Origin: an uncultured bacterium
Lineage (GTDB): Bacteria > Pseudomonadota > Gammaproteobacteria > Burkholderiales > Burkholderiaceae_C
Assembly: GCA_966212505.1 (NCBI GenBank)
Contig: CBIHRS010000027.1
Span: 1-64,000 of the forward strand
Reading direction: 5' to 3'
DNA length: 64,000 nucleotides
The notes beneath the pieces are model-generated. The model was not told where the DNA came from. It saw only the letters and a list, made by a program, of their open reading frames with translations, and made no database searches. Of this stretch, positions 20,267 to 32,474 are shown piece after piece (within the stretch, counting starts at the first letter, position 1; every line of letters begins with the position of its first letter). The translations under genes and the position numbers were made by a program.

Positions 20267-21163
20267 TCAGGAATGCAGGTCGCCCAGCGGCAGCTCCAGG
20301 TGCCCGCGGCCGACGAAGGCCACGGCGCCGCTGACGCGCACCGAGAGTTCATCCGCGCCGCTCACGTGCACGGTGAGTTCGCTCGGCCGGTCGAGAAAGC
20401 GGCCCTGGTGCAGCACGACGTCGCGGTGTGTCTCAATCACGCGGTTGCGCGCCAAGTAGGCCGCCACAGGCCCGGCCGCACTGCCGGTGGCGATGTCTTC
20501 GACGCGGCCCTCGTTGTCCCAGGTGCGGCCCTCGAGCGAGGAGACGTCGATCGCATAGGCGAACTTCGCGCCCCGGCGCGCCAACATCGCCTCGAAGTCG
20601 CGCTGCACGATGCGCATGCGCTCCAGGCCGGCACGCAGCGGCACCACGAGATAGGGCAAGCCGGTGGAAACGACCTGCAGCGGGAGCCCGTCGACGAGGT
20701 CGGCCGGCGTGAGGTTCATCGCCTGCAGCAGCGGGGCGGCATCCGCCGGGTCGTCGAGCGTCGAGATGAATTCGGCCCGGCCCTGGTCCATCTCGGCGGT
20801 GTAGGCGGCGCCGCGGCGGCGGCTGACCAGCGACACGTTCTTGGCCGGCAGTTCGAGCACCAGCTCCAGCGTGTCGACATCCGGCGCATGCCGCTCGTGC
20901 AGCACGCAGGCAGCGCCCAGCACCGGATGGCCGGCGAAGCCCAGTTCTTCTTCCATCGTGAAGATCCGCGCACGCCAGCGCCGGGGATCCTCGGTGCGCC
21001 ACAAGAAGGTGGATTCGAACTGCCGCATCTCCTGCGTGATGCGCTGGAGCAAGGCCGTGGGCACCTCCTCGCGCAGCTCGAACACGGTCAGCCCGTTGCC
21101 GCAGAGCGGGCGGGCGGCGAAGACATCGACGTGGCGATAGTCGAAACGGTAGGTGGCGTTCAT
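20267..21163 (-). CDS. PhzF-family isomerase (phenazine biosynthesis-like protein)
   Basis: DAP-epimerase-like fold protein. VDVFAARPLCGNG and GHPVLGAA are characteristic of PhzF/YddE. Start set at the internal Met (MNATYRF). Confidence 0.75.
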   Translation of the reverse strand: MNATYRFDYRHVDVFAARPLCGNGLTVFELREEVPTALLQRITQEMRQFESTFLWRTEDPRRWRARIFTMEEELGFAGHPVLGAACVLHERHAPDVDTLELVLELPAKNVSLVSRRRGAAYTAEMDQGRAEFISTLDDPADAAPLLQAMNLTPADLVDGLPLQVVSTGLPYLVVPLRAGLERMRIVQRDFEAMLARRGAKFAYAIDVSSLEGRTWDNEGRVEDIATGSAAGPVAAYLARNRVIETHRDVVLHQGRFLDRPSELTVHVSGADELSVRVSGAVAFVGRGHLELPLGDLHS

Positions 21164-21247
21164 CTGGCCGCCCACTGTACGGCCCAGCGTCATTTCCGTC
21201 GTTGATGTTTTCGCCGCCACTGATGCCGCCATGGCATCGGCAAGGCC

Positions 21248-22132
21248 TCAGTACAGCGAGGGCTCGCCCGGCGGCCGAGTCTTGAATCGCTTGTGCACCC
21301 AGAGATACTGCGCCGGACTGCGGAGGATCTCGCTTTCGATCCAGCGGTTCATGCGCAGCGTGTCGGCCACGGGATCGTCGGTGGGAAAGTCGTCCCACGG
21401 TGGCAGGTAGCGCACGCGGTAGCCCTGGCCGCCGGGCAGCATTTCGGTGACCACCGGCTGCACGGTCATGCCCAGCGTGCGGGCCAGCCGCGACGGCGCG
21501 AGCAGCGTGGCGGCCGGCACGCCGAAGAAGGGCACGAAGGCCGCGTCGCGTGCGCCGAAGTCCATGTCGGGCAGATTCAGGAACACCATGCCGCCGCGGA
21601 TCGCGCGCAGCAGCGCCGTCACGCGGTCGGTGCGGGGAAACAGCTGCCCCTGGCCGAAGCGCAGGCGCCCCCGGCGCAGGGCTTCGTCGAACACCGGGTT
21701 GCTCTGCGTCTGGTACATCGAGACCACATGGCGGGGCTGGAACAGCTGGCTGGCCGTGCCGGCAGTCTCGAGCGCGACGAAATGCGGCACCAGCCACATC
21801 ACCGGTTTGTCGGTGGAAGCGGCGAAGCCGACATCGCCTTCCACGTGGATCAGCCGCTTCAGCCGTTCCGGCGAGCCGTACCACAGCAGGCTGCGCTCGA
21901 GCAGGCTCCGGCCCAGCCATTGGAAGTGCTCGGCGACCAGGCGCTCGCGCTCGACCAACGGCATCTGCGGAAAGCACAGCTCGAGGTTGCGCAGCGCGAT
22001 GCGCCGGCGGCTGCGGCCCACCCTGTGCAGCAACCGCCCCAGCCCCCGCCCGAGGGCTGCCTGCAGCCCGAAGGGCAACCAATGGAACAGCCACAGCAGG
22101 CCGAGCAGCAGTCGTGCGCCGGGGAACTTCAT
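21248..22132 (-). CDS. lpxL: lipid A biosynthesis lauroyl/myristoyl acyltransferase (LpxL/HtrB family)
   Basis: N-terminal TM helix and HtrB-like acyltransferase blocks. Start at Met22 (MKFPGARLL). Confidence 0.85.
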   Translation of the reverse strand: MKFPGARLLLGLLWLFHWLPFGLQAALGRGLGRLLHRVGRSRRRIALRNLELCFPQMPLVERERLVAEHFQWLGRSLLERSLLWYGSPERLKRLIHVEGDVGFAASTDKPVMWLVPHFVALETAGTASQLFQPRHVVSMYQTQSNPVFDEALRRGRLRFGQGQLFPRTDRVTALLRAIRGGMVFLNLPDMDFGARDAAFVPFFGVPAATLLAPSRLARTLGMTVQPVVTEMLPGGQGYRVRYLPPWDDFPTDDPVADTLRMNRWIESEILRSPAQYLWVHKRFKTRPPGEPSLY

Positions 22133-23004
22133 GCCAGAGCCTCCTGGCGCGGCTGCTTGTAGCGGTGGTAGCCCCAGAGGTATTGCCCAGGGCATTGAAG
22201 GATCAGCTGCTCCATCGCGCGATTGACCACGGTCGCACAGGCGACCTGCCAGGCCTCGTCATCCGCGAAGCCATCCTTCATGGGCAAGGCAGGCGCCTCG
22301 CTCACATAGAGGTTGAAGCCCGCCCCTTTGGGCAGCCGCTCGCCCCACATCAGCAACAGCAGCGCGCCGCTTTGCTGCACCAGGCGCGACGCCAGCGTCA
22401 TCGTGTAGGCCGGCCGGCCGAAGAACGGCGCCCACACGCCCAGCCCTTCGGGCGGCACCTGGTCGGGCAGCAGGCCCACGGTCTCGCCACGGCGCAGGGC
22501 GCGCAGCATCTGGCGCACGCCCGACAGCGCCGCTGGCGCGGTCTGCATGCCGGGACGGTCGCGCGCCGTCTTCTCGAGTTCGCGCAGCCAAGGCTGGCGC
22601 GCCGGCCGGTACAGCGCCGTCAGCGGCCATTGGCCGCCAAAGCGCTCCGCATAGGCCTGCGCACAGACTTCGAAGCTGCCCAGATGCGGCGTCAGGATCA
22701 GCAGGCCGCGGCCCTGCTGGTGCGCAGCCTCGATCAGCGCCTGCCCGTGCCAACGCACCCAGCGGCCGATCGCCTGATCGGCCGGGCGCAGCCAGACCCA
22801 CGGCACCTCGCCCACCAGCCGACCGGCTTCGGCCACCGAGCGGCGGCGCTGCGCCGCGCTCAGCCCGGCCAACGCGGCGTTTTCGTGCAGGCGCCGGCGA
22901 TAGCTGGGCGACAGCGCGTAGGTCAGCCATCCCAGCAGCGCCCCGAGCGCGTGAAGAAATCTCAAAGACCGGCGGGCAAGCCAGCGCAACAGCCACTGCA
23001 TCAA
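22129..23004 (-). CDS. second LpxL/LpxM-family lipid A late acyltransferase
   Basis: Paralogous HtrB-family protein (GLLILTPHLGSFEV, YLWGYHRYK). 4-bp overlap with the downstream lpxL. Confidence 0.85.
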   Translation of the reverse strand: MMQWLLRWLARRSLRFLHALGALLGWLTYALSPSYRRRLHENAALAGLSAAQRRRSVAEAGRLVGEVPWVWLRPADQAIGRWVRWHGQALIEAAHQQGRGLLILTPHLGSFEVCAQAYAERFGGQWPLTALYRPARQPWLRELEKTARDRPGMQTAPAALSGVRQMLRALRRGETVGLLPDQVPPEGLGVWAPFFGRPAYTMTLASRLVQQSGALLLLMWGERLPKGAGFNLYVSEAPALPMKDGFADDEAWQVACATVVNRAMEQLILQCPGQYLWGYHRYKQPRQEALA

Positions 23005-23169
23005 CCTGGATCCCTATAATTTGTGCGTCGCCGAGTTAACCGAACAACTTGCGGGGCGACACCCCGGGCGATGAGCCCGGGTGCCGGCACCGGAAGGTGC
23101 CGTTGATTTCCGCTAAAGCGTTCGCCGCTTTCCAAAACTGGGCCCGGCGACCGCCTGAGTCCCAACTGC

Positions 23170-24363
<1,194 letters not shown>

Positions 24364-24390
24364 GGCTACAGTCGCTGACCCCGGAACCAA

Positions 24391-24414
24391 GGCGGCCACC
24401 GGCCGCCTTTTTCA
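24391..24414 (+). terminator. rho-independent terminator after metK
   Basis: Stem GGCGGCC-ACC-GGCCGCC followed by TTTTT (+/-2 bp). Confidence 0.7.
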
Positions 24415-24420
24415 TTGGTC

Positions 24421-25533
24421 ATGCCCACCGCCATCACGCTCGACCACCTGCGGCGCTATGCGATCGCGCGCACGCTGTTCAAGCCCACCACCCTGCTGCG
24501 TGCGATCGACCGGCTCGGCTTCGTGCAGGCCGATCCGATGCGCGCCCCGGCCCGGGCCCAGGACCTGACGCTGCGCCACCGCGTCAAGGACTACCAGGCC
24601 GGCGACCTCGAGCGGCGGTACCCGCGCCTGCCGATCGAGGAAGACTGCCTCGTGAACTACGGCTTCCTGCCGCGGCGCCACCTGGCGCTGATGCATCCGC
24701 GCATCCCGAAGCGGCAGTGGGACGCCGCCACCCGCCGCCGTGCCGACGAACTGCTGGCCTTCGTGCGCGCCAACGGGCCGACGCATCCGCGCGAGGTGCT
24801 GGCCGAGTTCGCCCACCATGGCCGTGTCGCCGGCTACTGGGGCGGTACGCTGAACGCCAGCACGCAGTTGCTCGACGGGCTGCACTACCGCGGCCTGCTG
24901 CGCGTGGTGCGGCGCGACAACGGCACCCGGATCTATGAGGCGGTCGAGCATCCGCCCGTCGACGACAGCCCCGCGAGTCGCGCCGAACGTGCCGCCGCAC
25001 TGATCGACCTGGTCGTGCAGAAGTACGCCCCGCTGCCCTCGCCCAGCCTCACCTACCTGGCGCGCCTGCTCGGCTACGGCGCGCCTCACCTGCGCATCGA
25101 GATCCAGGCTGCGCTGGCCGCAGCACGCAAGCGCCTGCCCACGGCCCGCCTCGAGGGCATCGACTGGTTCTGGCCTGCTGGAGAAAACCCGGCCTCGGCC
25201 CGTTGGCGGCCGGACGAGGCCGTGCGCCTGCTGGCGCCCTTCGATCCGTTGGTGTGGGACCGCCGGCGCTTCGAGCTGCTGTGGGGTTGGACCTACCGCT
25301 TCGAGGCCTACACACCGGCCGCTCGCCGGCAGCTCGGCCACTACGCCCTGCCGCTGCTCTGGGGCGAACGCATCCCGGGCTGGGGCAACGTCTCGCTGCG
25401 CGAGGGCCGGCTGGCGCCCGAATTCGGCTATGTGAACGGCAAGCCGCCCCGCGAACGGGCGTTCCGGGACGCCCTGGATACCGACCTGGCGCGGTTGGAA
25501 GCGTTCCTGGGCGTCGGGGCGGTGTCGGATTGA
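24421..25533 (+). CDS. winged-helix DNA glycosylase YcaQ/AlkZ-like (DUF1006/HTH_42) family protein
   Basis: About 370 aa with a YcaQ-family conserved core (FVQADPMRAPARAQDLTLRHRV, EEDCLVNYGF, GGTLNASTQLL). Alternative TTG start at 24415. Confidence 0.7.
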   Translation: MPTAITLDHLRRYAIARTLFKPTTLLRAIDRLGFVQADPMRAPARAQDLTLRHRVKDYQAGDLERRYPRLPIEEDCLVNYGFLPRRHLALMHPRIPKRQWDAATRRRADELLAFVRANGPTHPREVLAEFAHHGRVAGYWGGTLNASTQLLDGLHYRGLLRVVRRDNGTRIYEAVEHPPVDDSPASRAERAAALIDLVVQKYAPLPSPSLTYLARLLGYGAPHLRIEIQAALAAARKRLPTARLEGIDWFWPAGENPASARWRPDEAVRLLAPFDPLVWDRRRFELLWGWTYRFEAYTPAARRQLGHYALPLLWGERIPGWGNVSLREGRLAPEFGYVNGKPPRERAFRDALDTDLARLEAFLGVGAVSD

Positions 25534-25638
25534 GCTCCGACAACCTTTTGCAACGTCATACCCCTCATCCGCGGGCTGGCTCGCCCCCGACAGGCGCCGG
25601 TACAGTGCCGCGTCGAAAAGCACCCCTGAGGAGGTCGA

Positions 25639-26484
25639 ATGACGTTCATTTCCAAGGCCAGCCTGGCCCTCGCAACGGCCCTGGTCGCCGGCCACGCCGC
25701 CGCCGCCGTGACGACGATCGCTGATTCGTCGCTGCACAACAGCCCCAGCCTGTACACCAACGATTTCGGCGCCGTGGTCGTGACCACCGGCGGCGGCAAT
25801 GCCGCCAACGTCGGCAACGCTTCCGGCCGCAACGACGACGGCTTCAGCGGCCCGATCAACCTGGGCTTCACGCTGAACAACTTCTTCGGCCACGACTACA
25901 CCCAGTTCTACATCAACAACAACGGCAACATCACCTTCAACGGTGGCCTGTCTGCCTACACGCCGGAAGGCCCGCAAGGCGCCACCCAGCCGGTGATCGC
26001 CCCGTTCTTCGCCGACGTCGACACCCGCGGCGCCGCCAGTGGCGTGGTGCACCTGAACACCTCGAACGCCAACGAAGTGATCGTGACCTGGGATCACGTG
26101 GGCTACTACAACGGCCACAGCGACAAGCTCGACACCTTCCAGCTGGTGCTGCGGGGCCCCGGCTACAGCGTTCCCGCGGGTGAAGGCCAGATCGGCTTCT
26201 TCTGGGGCACGATGCAGTGGGAAACCGGCGACGCCAGCAGTGGCTCGGGCGGCTTCGGCGGCCACCCGGCAGCCGTGGGCTTCGGCGATGGCCTGAACAA
26301 CGGCTACGTGCTCGAGAGCTCGCTGCACAACGGCGTGTCCGGCGTCGTCGATCACAAGTCGATCTGGTTCAACCTGGATTCGACCGGCACCCCGGTGCCG
26401 ACCGTGCCGGAACCCGAGACCTATGCGCTGATGCTGGCCGGTCTGGCCGCCGTGGGCTTCGTTGCCCGCCGCCGCAAGGCCTGA
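25639..26484 (+). CDS. NIDO (nidogen-like) domain PEP-CTERM secreted protein
   Basis: Signal peptide, NIDO-like blocks (QFYINNNGNITFNGGLSAYTPEGP, IAPFFADVD, VTWDHVGYY) and a C-terminal [26 protein letters not shown]. Confidence 0.8.
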   Translation: MTFISKASLALATALVAGHAAAAVTTIADSSLHNSPSLYTNDFGAVVVTTGGGNAANVGNASGRNDDGFSGPINLGFTLNNFFGHDYTQFYINNNGNITFNGGLSAYTPEGPQGATQPVIAPFFADVDTRGAASGVVHLNTSNANEVIVTWDHVGYYNGHSDKLDTFQLVLRGPGYSVPAGEGQIGFFWGTMQWETGDASSGSGGFGGHPAAVGFGDGLNNGYVLESSLHNGVSGVVDHKSIWFNLDSTGTPVPTVPEPETYALMLAGLAAVGFVARRRKA

Positions 26485-26505
26485 TCCAGGAACGTCCTTG
26501 CACAG

Positions 26506-26530
26506 AAAGGCCCTTCGGGGCCTTTTTTCA
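26506..26530 (+). terminator. rho-independent terminator (AAAGGCCC-TTCG-GGGCCTTT + T-run)
   Basis: Hairpin plus TTTTTT between convergent genes. Confidence 0.75.
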
Positions 26531-26532
26531 TT

Positions 26533-27345
26533 TCAGCGCGCGCGAGCGGACAGCAGCAGGTCGGCCAGCTCTGCGAAGCCGGCACCTCGCTCGCCCTTCG
26601 TGAGGTAGGCCGGCCAGGTCGCGAGCTCGCCGGCAAACCGCAGCAGGTTGGCCACGCCGACGCTGAGCGGGAAGTGCCCGAACATCTGCTGGTCATTGGT
26701 CGAATCGCCGACGTAGGCCCACTGGGCCGGCTCCGCGGCCAGATCGCGGCGCCACAGGCGCCGCACGATCCACTCCGCGCCGCTGAGCTTGGTGTGCGCG
26801 CCGAACCAGCCGTTGATGTGGATCGAGCTGACGGTGGCCGACATGCCCTCTTCGCGCATCAGCGCCAGCACCTGCTCGATGCGCTCCGGCGGCAGGTGCG
26901 CGAATTCGCTGTGGTCGACCGCGATGTCGGTCACGCGGCCTGCACTGTCGCGGGCGAACTGCACGCCCGGCAGCTCGCGCCGAAGCCGCTCGGACACCGC
27001 CTTCAGGCGCCGCGCATTGCGTTCCCGGGTAGGCTCGTCCTGGTCGTACTCCACCACCAGCGCGCCCGCCTCGCGGAACAGCGCGACCGCCCCGTTCTCG
27101 GCCACGATGGCCGCCACCGGCCAGCTGTGCGCAAACGGTTCGCTCCAGCCCATCGGCCGGCCGGTGATCGCGATCACCGGCACCCCCGCATCGGCCAGGC
27201 GCTGCAGCGCCGACAGCGCATCGGCGGCGATCCGGCCGTCGGTCGTCAGCGTGTCGTCGATGTCGGTGAACACGCCGCGGATCGTGGCTGCCTGGGTCCG
27301 GGGCAGTTCGTGCAGCGGGCGGGGCCGCGGGAAATCGGGATGCAT
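26533..27345 (-). CDS. HAD-IIB family hydrolase (Cof/MPGP-like phosphatase)
   Basis: DxD motif [10 protein letters not shown], a cap region, and C-terminal GDSTND. Start set at Met66 of the ORF. An N-terminal extension is possible. Confidence 0.7.
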   Translation of the reverse strand: MHPDFPRPRPLHELPRTQAATIRGVFTDIDDTLTTDGRIAADALSALQRLADAGVPVIAITGRPMGWSEPFAHSWPVAAIVAENGAVALFREAGALVVEYDQDEPTRERNARRLKAVSERLRRELPGVQFARDSAGRVTDIAVDHSEFAHLPPERIEQVLALMREEGMSATVSSIHINGWFGAHTKLSGAEWIVRRLWRRDLAAEPAQWAYVGDSTNDQQMFGHFPLSVGVANLLRFAGELATWPAYLTKGERGAGFAELADLLLSARAR

Positions 27346-27407
27346 GCGCAAAGTCTTGCACACCGTTCGCGCCCTCCGTCGGGCCTGCGCCGGTACAATG
27401 CCCGTTC

Positions 27408-27486
27408 TTTCCGAGGAGCGTTGCAAGGCACATCCGCGTGCCCCAGGCTCGGAAACCATCACATTGCAACGGCGCTCACCCGCAGA
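27408..27486 (+). promoter_or_regulatory. SAH riboswitch (S-adenosylhomocysteine-responsive) in ahcY leader
   Basis: Conserved SAH-element blocks CCGAGGAGCGTTGCAAGG ... CAGGCTCGGAA ... CAACGGCGCTCACC lie immediately 5' of ahcY. This is the characteristic location in betaproteobacteria. Confidence 0.7.
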
Positions 27487-27554
27487 CTGGCTCGTGGGTG
27501 AGTGAATATCCCTCCCTTCGCGCAGCTTGCGGGTCCTCACCTCAGGAGATCCCG

Positions 27555-28982
<1,428 letters not shown>

Positions 28983-28997
28983 TCCCCGAGCCTCGCC

Positions 28998-29768
28998 ATG
29001 CGTGCCGACCAGCTGCTGGTCAGCCAGGGCATCGCCCCCACACGGTCCGCCGCGCAGCGGCTGATCGAGCGCGGCGCGGTGCAATGGCTGGGCCCGCGCG
29101 GCTGGACGGCCTGCCGCAAGGCCGGTGAAGACCTGCCGGCGGACAGCCGGCTGCAGGTGACCGACGATGCCGAGCTGCGCTGGGTGTCGCGCGGCGGCCT
29201 GAAGCTCGAATCGGCGCTGGTGCACACGCAGGTGCCGGTCGAAGGCCGCATCGCGCTCGACGTGGGCCAGAGCACCGGCGGCTTCACCGACGTGCTGCTG
29301 GCGCGCGGCGCAGCGCGGGTGGTCGGCATCGACGTGGGCCACGGGCAGTTGCACCGGAAGCTGCACGGCGACCCGCGTGTGGTCGCGCTCGAAGGCCTCA
29401 ACGCCCGCAGCCTCACCCGCGAAGCACTCGCGCCACATGTGCCGGCAGCGGGCTTCGGCCTCATCGTCGGCGACCTGTCGTTCATCTCGCTGACGCTGGT
29501 GCTGCCTGCGCTGGTACCGCTGCTGGCGCCGCAAGGCGATCTGCTGATGCTGGTGAAGCCGCAGTTCGAGCTGCAGCCCGAATACATCGGCAAGGGCGGC
29601 CTCGTGAAGGACGATGCCGCACTGGCACAGGTCGAGCCTCGTATCCGCGAGGCTTGCACCACACTCGGCCTGGCGGTGCGCGACTACTTCCCGAGCGGCA
29701 TCACCGGCGGCGACGGCAACCGCGAATTCTTTGTGTGGGCGCGTGCCCACGACGGAGCTTCCTCATGA
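28998..29768 (+). CDS. tlyA: TlyA-family rRNA (cytidine-2'-O)-methyltransferase
   Basis: S4-like N-terminus (RADQLLVSQGIAPTRSAAQRLIERGAV) and an FtsJ-like MTase (LDVGQSTGGFTDVLL). Confidence 0.85.
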   Translation: MRADQLLVSQGIAPTRSAAQRLIERGAVQWLGPRGWTACRKAGEDLPADSRLQVTDDAELRWVSRGGLKLESALVHTQVPVEGRIALDVGQSTGGFTDVLLARGAARVVGIDVGHGQLHRKLHGDPRVVALEGLNARSLTREALAPHVPAAGFGLIVGDLSFISLTLVLPALVPLLAPQGDLLMLVKPQFELQPEYIGKGGLVKDDAALAQVEPRIREACTTLGLAVRDYFPSGITGGDGNREFFVWARAHDGASS

Positions 29769-30616
29769 CCTCCTCCTCACGCCCCAGGCTCCCGCTGAGC
29801 CTGGAGTTCTTCCCCCCCAAGACGCCCGACGGCGCAGCCAAGCTGGCCGCGGCACGCCAGCAGCTCTATGCGCTGCAGCCGCAGTTCTGCTCGGTGACCT
29901 ACGGCGCCGGCGGCTCCACGCAGCAGGGCACGCTGGAGACGGTGCGGGCCATCCTGTCCGAAGGCGTGGACGCGGCACCGCACTTCTCGTGCATCGGCGC
30001 CAGCCGTGCATCGATCAAGGACAGCCTCGCGCAGTTCAAGGCCGATGGCATCAAGCGCATCGTCGCGCTGCGCGGCGACTTGCCCAGCGGCTACGGCGGC
30101 AGCGTGTCGAACGAGTTCCGCTATGCCAGCGACCTCGTCGCCTTCATCCGTTCCGAGACCGGCGACCATTTCCACATTGAAGTGGCTGCCTATCCCGAGA
30201 CGCATCCGCAGGCCCGCTCGCCCGAGGCCGACCTGCAGGCCTTCGTCGCCAAGGTGAAGGCTGGCGCCAGTTCGGCGCTGACACAGATGTTCTTCAACGC
30301 CGATGCCTACCACCGCTTCGTCGATGAAGCACGCAAGGCCGGTGTCGACATCCCCATCGTGCCGGGCATCATGCCGATCACCAACTCGAGCGGTCTGATC
30401 CGCTTTGCCGACAACTGCGGTGCCGAGATCCCGCGCTGGATGCGCCTGCGGCTGCAGGCCTACGGCGACGACACCGCCTCGATCAAGGCCTTCGGGCTCG
30501 ACGTGGTGACCGACCTGTGCGAACGCCTGCGCGCTGCCGGCGTGCCGGGTTTCCACTTCTACACGATGAACCAGGCCGGCGCCACGCTGGAAATCTGCCG
30601 TCGGTTGCACGGTTGA
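29765..30616 (+). CDS. metF: 5,10-methylenetetrahydrofolate reductase
   Basis: 283 aa. Motifs LSLEFFPPKT, SVTYGAGGST and ALRGD. ATGA overlap with tlyA. Confidence 0.93.
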   Translation: MTSSSRPRLPLSLEFFPPKTPDGAAKLAAARQQLYALQPQFCSVTYGAGGSTQQGTLETVRAILSEGVDAAPHFSCIGASRASIKDSLAQFKADGIKRIVALRGDLPSGYGGSVSNEFRYASDLVAFIRSETGDHFHIEVAAYPETHPQARSPEADLQAFVAKVKAGASSALTQMFFNADAYHRFVDEARKAGVDIPIVPGIMPITNSSGLIRFADNCGAEIPRWMRLRLQAYGDDTASIKAFGLDVVTDLCERLRAAGVPGFHFYTMNQAGATLEICRRLHG

Positions 30617-30762
30617 GACACCGAAGGCTGACCCAGGTCAAAACCCGCTGGCGCGTAGGGTCGACGTGCCGGCGGGCTTGATGCGACACAAGCCGCGCAT
30701 CACGCCCGCCTCGTCCAATGAGATCGAGCCATGTGGCTTGCATTGATTGAACGAGGAAAGAA

Positions 30763-31356
30763 ATGAAGACCCGCTGGATCGCTCTCGCCGTGGTGGCCGC
30801 CCTGATCCCCACCGCGCAGGCGCAAGGCAACGACACCGGGAACTGGCTGGTGCGCGCGCGCGTGCTGCACCTCGACCCTGCCAACAAAGACAGCACCGGG
30901 CTGGACCTGAACATCAACAGCAAGGTCTTCCCGGAAGTCGACATCAGCTACTTCTTCACGCCGAACATTGCGGCCGAGCTGATCCTCACCTATCCGCAGA
31001 AGCAGACCGTGCGCGCCGGCAGCACCGAGATCGGCAGCCTGAAGCACCTGCCGCCCACGCTGAGCCTGCAGTACCACTTCACCGGCCTGCAGGGCTTCCG
31101 CCCCTACCTGGGTGCCGGCCTCAACTACACCAACTTCTCGAGCGTGAACTTGCCCGCGGGCGTGACGATCGACAAGAACAGCTTCGGCCTGGCCGTGGGC
31201 GCCGGCGTCGACGTGCCGCTGGGCGGCGGCTGGCTGTTCAACGTGGACGTGAAGAAGGTGCAGATCCGCACCGATGTCTCGGCCGGCGGCAGCACGCTCG
31301 GCACGCTGAAGGTCGACCCGACGCTGTTCGGCATCGGCATCGGCCGCCGCTTCTGA
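30763..31356 (+). CDS. ompW: OmpW-family outer-membrane protein
   Basis: Signal peptide and an 8-strand beta-barrel OmpW pattern (PYLGAGLNYT, FGLAVGAG, C-terminal F). Confidence 0.85.
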   Translation: MKTRWIALAVVAALIPTAQAQGNDTGNWLVRARVLHLDPANKDSTGLDLNINSKVFPEVDISYFFTPNIAAELILTYPQKQTVRAGSTEIGSLKHLPPTLSLQYHFTGLQGFRPYLGAGLNYTNFSSVNLPAGVTIDKNSFGLAVGAGVDVPLGGGWLFNVDVKKVQIRTDVSAGGSTLGTLKVDPTLFGIGIGRRF

Positions 31357-31373
31357 GCGGCGCGGGCCGAAAG

Positions 31374-31970
31374 CTACTGGCTGCGCTCCCAGGCGACGCC
31401 GTCCTCGATGAGGATGGCGTCGAGCGGCACATCATGGGGCTCGGGTGCCAGCCAGGGCACATAGCCATGGGCATAGCCGAGGCCGGCGGTGAAAGGCCGG
31501 GGTGTCAGCGCAGCCAGCGTGCGATCGTAGAACCCGCCGCCATATCCGAGACGCACGCCGCCGGGGCCGAAGCCGACGCAGGGAACCAGCAGCAGCTGCG
31601 GTTCGAAGGCCTCGGTGTCCTTGGGCTTGGGGATGCCATAGGCATCCTCTTCCATCGGGCAGCCGGGGTACCACACGTGGAAGCGCAGCTGCTTGGTCTC
31701 GCGGTTGATCACCGGCAGGCCGATGCGCCGCGCGGGATCCGCTTCGCTCCAGCGGTACAGCGCCGGCAGTGCATCGAACTCACCCTTGATCGGCCAGTAG
31801 GCGCCGATGGTCTGCTCCGGCCGGCCGACCAGCCACACACGCAGCACCTGTTGCAGATGCACGGCGCGCTCATGACGGTCCACCATGGCCTGGCGCTCGG
31901 CCTGCAGCTGGCGGCGCAGCACGCCCTTGTCGCGCGAGGGTTCGAGAGGCAGGTTGAAGGCTTTCGACAT
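31374..31970 (-). CDS. 5-formyltetrahydrofolate cyclo-ligase
   Basis: 198 aa. Motifs LRRQLQAER, GAYWPIKGEFD and GYGGGFYDRTL. Confidence 0.85.
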   Translation of the reverse strand: MSKAFNLPLEPSRDKGVLRRQLQAERQAMVDRHERAVHLQQVLRVWLVGRPEQTIGAYWPIKGEFDALPALYRWSEADPARRIGLPVINRETKQLRFHVWYPGCPMEEDAYGIPKPKDTEAFEPQLLLVPCVGFGPGGVRLGYGGGFYDRTLAALTPRPFTAGLGYAHGYVPWLAPEPHDVPLDAILIEDGVAWERSQ

Positions 31971-32020
31971 GGCCCGATTGTGGAGGCCTCGCGCGATGGC
32001 CGCAAACGTACACTGCGCCG

Positions 32021-32474
32021 ATGTCTGCCGACGGCCTGCTCGACCACTGCCTTGAACTGCTCGCTCCCATGGGGCGCCCGCGCTCGCGCCGGATGTTCGG
32101 CGGCCATGGAATCTATGTCGACGATCTCTTCATCGCGCTGATCGCTTTCGAGCGGCTGTACCTCAAGGCACGACGAAGGCAGTCGTGCACGATTCGAGGC
32201 CGCAGGCTGCGAGCCCTTCGTCTACGAGGCAAAGGGCAAGCGGGTCTCGGTGGCCTACTGGACCGCGCCGGAAGAAGCGATGGATTCGCCCGCGGCGATG
32301 GTGCCGTGGGCCCGGCTGGCGATCGAAGCCGCGTTGCGGGCACGGAATGCCAAGCCCGCGCCGCGGCCCCGCAAACTCAGCACTGCGGGCAAGGCGCCGG
32401 CGCCAGCGCGGAAGCGCGCAGCTTCTGCAGCCAGCGCAGCGGCGGCTGCGGCGCGCGGGCCGAAGAAGGGCTGA
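32021..32474 (+). pseudogene. tfoX/sxy-family gene (TfoX N-terminal domain) interrupted by a +1 frameshift near 32165-32172
   Basis: Frame 1 gives MFGGHGIYVDDLFIALIAFERLYLKA and then nonsense. A second frame continues with DEGSRARFEAAGCEPFVYEAKGKRVSVAYWTAPEEAMDSPAAMVPWARLAIEAALRA. This is the expected TfoX-N continuation, completed by ORF 32250-32474. An extra C in GCA-C-GAC is implied. Confidence 0.6.

Noticed and set aside
23005-23169. SAM riboswitch (SAM-I/SAM-II) upstream of metK
   Set aside because: Conserved SAM-I or SAM-II sequence blocks could not be recognised by eye. Reported only as an unexplained structured leader.
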